A model generated the notes under the pieces. It made no database searches. It worked only from the letters and a program-made list of their open reading frames with translations, and had not been told where the DNA came from. The position numbers were made by a program, and so were the translations under genes. A stretch of 63,839 bases of DNA, filler included, from Craspedostauros australis (taxonomy: Eukaryota): the NCBI GenBank assembly GCA_030167865.1. It is 8 parts of 8 records of this genome, joined end to end, with 100 filler letters (N's around TTAATTAATTAA, not from the genome) between each part and the next. Parts side by side here need not be neighbours in the genome. Positions count along the whole stretch, not along the records: positions 57,816 to 62,597 come from JALAGF010004433.1; positions 62,698 to 63,839 come from JALAGF010004444.1; 6 more parts are not named here. One strand, written 5' to 3'. This document shows, piece after piece, positions 57,816-63,839 of the stretch (its first letter is position 1; the number at the start of each line of letters is the position of its first letter).

Positions 57816-59714
57816 CATCATAGACATGCGACTGTACTCGTCATCAACACCATCGCTGACTGTTCCTCCACTGCAAAGGACTTGGATGCCTCCCATCAGT
57901 TGAGGTTGTTGAATGATCTTGTTGAAATCTGGATGACCAAGACAAGCCTGTGCATTTTGAGATACCACTCTCATTGCCGCATCTTCCAACACTGAACAGC
58001 TGTGTTGATGGGCGAATATCAGCGTATCAATCATGGTGTCCTTTGTGAGGTGCTTGCGAGCCAACTCCGCTTCAAGAACAAGCTTGAGTCGCCAGAAGCC
58101 GAACTCGTTGGCCACAAGGATCAGCTGCTGCAGATCGTGTTGTCCATTGAGGATGGGAGTTGGCTGGTCATCGCCANCGNCATGNTCGCTCTCATCGAAG
58201 GATATNTCCCCCTTGTAGATGCATTCGATGACATGGCGGACATATTTGGGTTGGAGGTCAGGAAGAGCCACGGTTGTTTGGATGGAGTCAGTGATCGGGT
58301 CAGCGACAGGGTCAGTGACAGAATCAGCGACAGGATCAGCGATAGAATCGTCCCATGACGATGACAGCGAGGATGTTGATGACAGCGAGGATGTCGATGA
58401 CGGTGGGGATGATGGCTTGGTCAAAGATAGATGGTGGATTCCAGAGTCGATCAATGTTTGAATCGATGGGACGGTGACCACGAGGACTCCGCTGTTTGCC
58501 TTGATCGGTTGTTGTCGGTCGCCTTGTCCACACAGGAAAACGATGTCTGCGTTCGCCTCGGTACGAACAGCGCTGCAACGATCTTGGCCGATGCTGATGT
58601 TGGTCGTTGTGTTGATGTTCGACTTGTTGTGCTTGGGTGTTGCTGTGGCAGTGCTTGTGATGCTTCGTTTGTGAAGCTGTAGTTGTGAGCTCAGGTGACT
58701 GAGACGCTTCATGATCGATTTCATCATGTTGATCTGATGTGTTGGATCGATCACATCGAGGGGTGTTCTGTTGTCGTTGTTCTTGATGTCGATATCGATG
58801 TTAGCGTTGGTTGATTCGATGAGGCACTTGACGCACTCCAGATGACCAAAGCAGCATGCGCGATGAAGGGGAGTGTCACCATCGTTGTTTTTGCAGTTGA
58901 CGTTGACCTCACACGATTCAATGAGATACTTGACACACTCGACATGGTCATTGCGGCATGCCAGATGAAGAGGAGTGGAACCATAGTTGTTTTTGTAGTT
59001 GGCATCGGCCTTCGCAGAGTCGATGAGGTACTTGGCACATTCGAGATGACCATTGTGGCATGCCAGATGAAGAGGAGTGTCATCATCTTCGTTTTCGCAG
59101 TTGGCATCGACCTTCGCAGAGTCGACGAGGTACTTGGCACACTCGAGATGACCATTGCAGCATGCCAGATGAAGAGGAGTGTCATCATCGTTGTCTTTGC
59201 AGTTGGTGTTGGCCTTCGCAGAGTCGACGAGGTACTTGACACACTCCAGATGACCATTTTGGCATGCATCATGAAGAGGAGTGCCACCATCGTAGTGTCT
59301 GCGGTTGGTGTCGGCCTTCGCAGAGTCGATGAGGTACTTGACACACTCGAGATGACCTTCGGAGCATGCCAGATGAAGAGGAGTATTACCATACTCGTTT
59401 TTGAAGTTGGCATCAGCCTTCGCAGAGTCGACGAGGTACTTGACACATCCGAGATGACCATTTTGGCATGCCAGATGAAGAGGAGTGTTACTATCTTCGT
59501 CTTTGCAGTTGGCATCGGCCTTCGCAGAGTCGACGAGGTACTTGACACACTCCAGATGACCATTTTGGCATGCCAGATGAAGAGGAGTGTCACCATCGTC
59601 GTCTGCGACCTTGTTGACATCAACGCCTTCCTTCTGCTTCTTCCATTCCTTCAACACAGACACATCACCTGCCTCGGCAGCATCAAGGAGTTGTTGGTTC
59701 GAAACATCCACCAT
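57816..59714 (-). CDS. Ankyrin-repeat (8 x 34 aa) plus BTB/POZ domain protein; 3' end in gap
   Basis: TPLHLAC.NGHLECVKYL repeats; BTB ADIVFLC...IKAN..VL, LPDL.P.....VIE.IY.G, L..VANEFG..RLK..LE; BACK-like LIFAHQH.C..LE. Confidence 0.92.
58780..59603 (-). repeat. 102-bp coding tandem repeat array (ankyrin repeats)
   Basis: Units are nearly identical at nucleotide level, e.g. CCTTCGCAGAGTCGACGAGGTACTTG recurs with 102-bp period. Confidence 0.95.
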
Positions 59715-60880
59715 GTTGAGACGATGGTTGATGGTAGATGATTGTTGAGCGTTTGTTAGTTGGATGATGCGTGAACGATGAGTGGACGATGCGTGGACGA
59801 TTGTTGATTGATTGTTGGATGTTGTTTGATTGGTGATGGTTGGATGATTGGTTGCCGAGGATGATTTTATGGCATGATGCCTGCTTTATGAGATGAAATG
59901 GTCAAGATCCAGATTGTGTGTCCCAATTCCACCAGTGCAACGACGAGCAAGTGTACGAGTACGGATACGAGTATGTACGCGTAGTCGTATGATGCCGTGT
60001 GATGAGCAGCATGCCAACGCCTCTTGTTGGTGGATTTGAGCGTGGATTTCGATGCCTGGAGTAGGACTCGCACAACGTTGTTGTCTCCTCGCCTCTGTCT
60101 TTGATTGTCTTTCATTGTCTTTCATCGTCTTTCTCTCTCCTTCTGTCGCTTTCTTTCTGTGTTGGTCTCCGTCCCTTGGTCTCCATCCCACGATCGTGTC
60201 CTGCTTCGACACGAGTACGATCTATGGAGTGTTGTGGAGGAGGATCACCAGCGTGGAGTCTCAACACCCATCGTGTCCTGGTTTTGTTGGGTCATGTGGG
60301 GCACCAAGAAGTGGAGTTGGACAAGAACACTCTCCACGAGACGATCTTTGTGGGTTGTGGGAACGAAACCAGGGGATCTTGTGTGATGAGAACGGAGTAT
60401 CTTCGACTCGCGGGATCGTTGAAACAGAACAATGACCATGGTCACCAATCGAAAGCATGAAGAAGGCGATCGATCAATCGATGTGACACACATCGAGTTC
60501 GAACTGTTCGGACAATGTTGTCATTGGTTCATTTGGTCATGAGAGGACGAGGCATGTGTTACGATTGACTGCGTCTCGTGATGTGTCAGATCGCATCCTC
60601 ATCCATGTGAATGTGGATGTGGTTGTGCTCCGATCCACACAAGTAGAATACCAACTGGAGTACTCTCTGTATTTGGTATGATATTATACAATAGAATAGA
60701 ATACATAGTGATTCTTTGTAGTCTACGGCTTTGTGTTCATGAAGCAGCGTAGCCTTTGATATTCGTCTGATGGCAAGAGCGTAGATCGTTCGTGGCAACG
60801 TGTGTTGATTTCTGTCATTGCGAAGCCACTGTGCCGAACGCTGCTGAGTCGAGTGTCCATTGTTCGGACCAGCTCACATT

Positions 60881-61739
60881 TCACTTCTGTAACTGTGCCA
60901 TGAGGGTCGCCATCTGATCCTGCAGGACTTGCAGCTGTGAGGCAGCCGTCGCCTTGAGGCTGGGTCCGAGCTGCTGGATGCCATCAGTATCATTGAACCT
61001 GACGACCTGACCATCCCCGATGTTGATCTCGAAGTTGGCGCCCTCGTAGTTTGTTGGTGATGTTTGGTTGTTGTTTCCCTTGTGCTTCTTGGCGACAGTT
61101 GCAACCAGTGCACCGGCATCACGTGGTTCCACTGGGGATCCATTCTGTGAGCTGTTGTTGCAGCATCGGCATCAGCAGCAGCAGCAGAAAGAATGTGTGT
61201 GCATGTGCAAGGCAGTGGAATGTGGTGCAATGTGGTGCAAGTAGGAGTATGTCACATTGAAAGAGATGAAAAAGATAGAGCAACAGTGTGAACCGAAGAG
61301 TTTCACCGACAATATTGTGAGAGACGATGCATGACAGCAGAGTGAATGAACTGACGATGAATGACAGCTGTCCATACCAAAGATCAAGGCCACCGCAGAA
61401 TCATCAGCAATACGTTTGGAAGATCTCGATTGCAATGATGGTTTCACGCTCAGCACATACAAACACAACAGAGCATATGGAAGACAGTACGTACTACAGC
61501 ACTTCCCCGCGCCGCGCTGTGCGCAGGATGCTCCCTGACGCAACGTTGCCATACCGACGCGTCGGCGCGGGCGTCGCAGCCACCAGCGGCAAGGGCTTGT
61601 TGTTGGCCGAAAACGGACGCTTGTGACCGGCCACCTGCACGCCGTCCTTCTGCAGCAGCAGCTGCAGCAAGTTGCACTCTAACTTGGCATTGAAATCCCG
61701 GATCTTCATGCCTTTGACGGCCCTCGACAGCTTGAGCAT
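60881..61739 (-). CDS. Borealin-like chromosomal passenger protein; exons 61739-61495, 61151-60881
   Basis: Splicing the GT-AG intron 61494-61152 gives RTARRGEVLYSQNGSP, matching the borealin R...GE...S.NGSP motif. N-terminal LKLSRAVKGM..RDF; C-terminal amphipathic helix LQVLQDQMATLMAQL. Confidence 0.72.
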
Positions 61740-62159
61740 GTTGGCGATGTGTGTGTGTCAATAGGACTGAGTGTGTGAATCGATGTTGTTTGCTAATGCA
61801 CTATATATTATTCCATTATCTTATATTATATTGTATTCTATTGATATAATGTTAGAATGGATTGATGAGTTTGGGAGTTGCGGTCTGCCCACGTGACAGT
61901 GGCTCGCCCAGCTCTGTGGGAAGATGTGGGTGCGAGGTGTTCGCTACATTGGTGGTGGTCAAGCGAGTCACGGACGGGACTAGAATCAACAACAACAACA
62001 ACTTCAACGACAACATCACCATCGATCACAACAACCACACCAACAACGAATCTCAGCTACGGTAAGGTTCTGGTGGTGCTCAACGTTGCGCGCAAGGCAT
62101 CGAACAGGCTCCAACGCAGCGTCCGACACACTTCTCTTGTCACGGAACTTCGGCAGGTC

Positions 62160-62597
62160 ATGCCATCGGTGGTGGAGCAGGAGTCGCACGCATCCTTCAA
62201 CTTCGTGGTCAANNNNNNNNNNNNNNNNNNNNNNNNNNNNNNCAGTCCAACATCATTCTCCCTCTTCCCATCAAGCGATATCGCATCGCGTCGATCGGCC
62301 ACCACCAACAACAACAACAATGAGAGCAACGACAACGGCAACAGGAAGAAAGGTAGAGGCAAAGGCAGAAAGCGCCCAGTCGCCAACGCCGCCGAACTGC
62401 AACAAGCCGTTCTGGACGACGGGGTCGCCTTCAAGGATGTGCAACTCGAGATCGACCTGGCCGAGAAGGACGTCCAAGACATGCTATCGCACGACGTCCT
62501 GCAAATCCTTGCTCAACGATTCCACGATCCTTCCTCCAAACCGGGCGCCCGCAACGACGATGCCAGTGTCGCACTCGCCATCGAAGGCGGCGGCATG
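62160..62597 (+). CDS. Patatin-like phospholipase, N-terminal fragment (start uncertain, remainder in gap)
   Basis: Ends in SKPGARNDDASVALAIEGGGM, the start of the patatin GGGxRG oxyanion motif. Confidence 0.65.
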
Positions 62598-62697
62598 NNN
62601 NNNNNNNNNNNNNNNNNNNNNNNNNNNNNNNNNNNNNNNNNTTAATTAATTAANNNNNNNNNNNNNNNNNNNNNNNNNNNNNNNNNNNNNNNNNNNN

Positions 62698-63839
62698 AAC
62701 CTCGTAGTGAAGATCGAAGCGGGGGACGCAGGTGCGGAAGCGGATGGCAGCATCAGGGTGCTTGCGAAGGTATCCGTACACGCGCTTGGCGCGGTCCAGA
62801 TGGCCTTGGCGGGGCGCTGAGCGGAAGCGTGCCAGCGTCATGACGGCGACAGAGATGTCAAACCGCCCGAGGGAGATACACCACTGGAGTGCACCGATGA
62901 GCGACATGAACTTGCGTTTGTCGGTTTCGCCAAGTTCGGAAGAGGTGTCAAGCTCGGGACTGTCGGCCTTGTCGAGGGGGCAGCTGATCTTGCGTGGAAG
63001 CTCGCCAAACATGCGCTCGTAGTTCTCCATCATCCGCTTGATGTATGATTGCGGGGAGAGCTTGAGAGTGCCGGCGGGATCACGGCCGAAGTCAGCACCG
63101 AGATGGTACTTGATAGGACCAACTCCCTTGAGCTGGTACCCGTACTTCGAAGAGAGGATGTCGAAGAAGGCCTTGGGGTCGGCCATCGTCGCGGTGAGGT
63201 CATCAACGTAGACGCAGACGTACTCCCAATGGGAGTTGGCGTCACGCATCCAGACGTCGGGATCGGAGCGGCATTGGAGGAAACCCATGTCGCGAAGGGT
63301 GTCGGCGAGNGCCTCATGGAATCGGGCGCCCGATGTGCGCAGGCCGTAGAGTGCCTTGACTATCTGCATGGTATGACCAGCGAAGTCACCGAATTCATCG
63401 CCAGCGATGAAGCAGATGCGTTCTTGAGTGAAGGCCTCAAGATACGCATTGCCGATGTCTCCAACCCAGGTTGGGATGCCGTTGAGTTCNNNNNNNNNNA
63501 GGGAGAGGCGGAGAGAGCGAAGACTGACCACACCTGCGTAGGATGCATCCTTGCAGGGGTCGGTGAGATGACCACCAGCGACGCAGCGCGCCTTGTGGCG
63601 GAGGTCGTGCTTCACAGCATAGACCCATTGGAGGCGGATCTTCTGGAAGCCAGAAGGGACTGGGGCGCCTTTTCCGAGAGACTTGAAGGTATGGTACCCG
63701 AAGAGTTGGTCCATCTCCTTCTTCTCGGCATCGGCCCAGAGAGTGTTGCCGTTCTTGTCGTCGAGTCGCATCGCCTCCTTGTGGTTGCGAGGGACTTGGA
63801 CACCGAACTGGAAGGTAGGGGCGTGGTTGAAGGCCTTGG
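62698..63839 (-). mobile_element. Ty1/copia (CoDi-I-like) reverse transcriptase fragment
   Basis: FQFGVQVPRNHKEAMRLD, KARCVAGGH, DIGNAYL, KALYGL, YVDDL, LGADF, SLIGALQW, APR.GHL.RAKR.YGYL. Confidence 0.95.

Noticed and set aside
58780..59603. Regularly spaced repeats resembling a CRISPR array
   Set aside because: The units are in-frame 102-bp ankyrin coding repeats in a eukaryotic gene; there are no unique spacers or cas genes.
62698..63839. RT fragment as the missing half of the element at 3448-8609
   Set aside because: It overlaps the same FGVQVPRNH.EAMRLD segment with different codons and residues and lies on another contig, so it is a related but separate copy.

Overview
Eukaryotic nuclear DNA, most likely from a diatom. 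This is inferred from GT-AG introns, CoDi-type Ty1/copia elements and gene families typical of diatoms. It is a draft assembly: seven artificial N44-TTAATTAATTAA-N44 linkers split the window into eight pieces, so adjacency across a linker is not guaranteed. The left part (1-24 kb) is accessory and TE-rich. A full-length but decayed piggyBac (1483-9969) has non-TTAA flanks and is interrupted inside its transposase ORF by a CoDi-I-like copia element (3448-8609). That element carries a foreign LTR-like segment in place of its RT/RNase H, and its primer-binding site appears complementary to a half tRNA-Asn. Also on the left are two copies of a signal peptide-ectodomain-TM-EF-hand gene, an RNI-like LRR gene, a decayed ankyrin-BTB gene, a MITE-like element and a Sola3-like transposase remnant. 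The centre (24-54 kb) is a housekeeping block: a CIA30-domain protein, a 1558-aa unknown protein, mitochondrial bL34, AP-3 beta, V-ATPase c, a GT61 glycosyltransferase, an HD hydrolase, a STAND/AAA_16-TPR protein and a DEAD-box helicase. The right end holds two more copia fragments, an ankyrin-BTB gene whose repeats vary mainly at the binding-surface positions, a borealin-like gene and a patatin fragment. The best novelty candidates are half-tRNA-Asn priming, the CTAT/ATAG-flanked piggyBac, the variable ANK-BTB family and the EF-hand receptor-like paralog pair. Family assignments come from motif recognition by eye; no searches were run.
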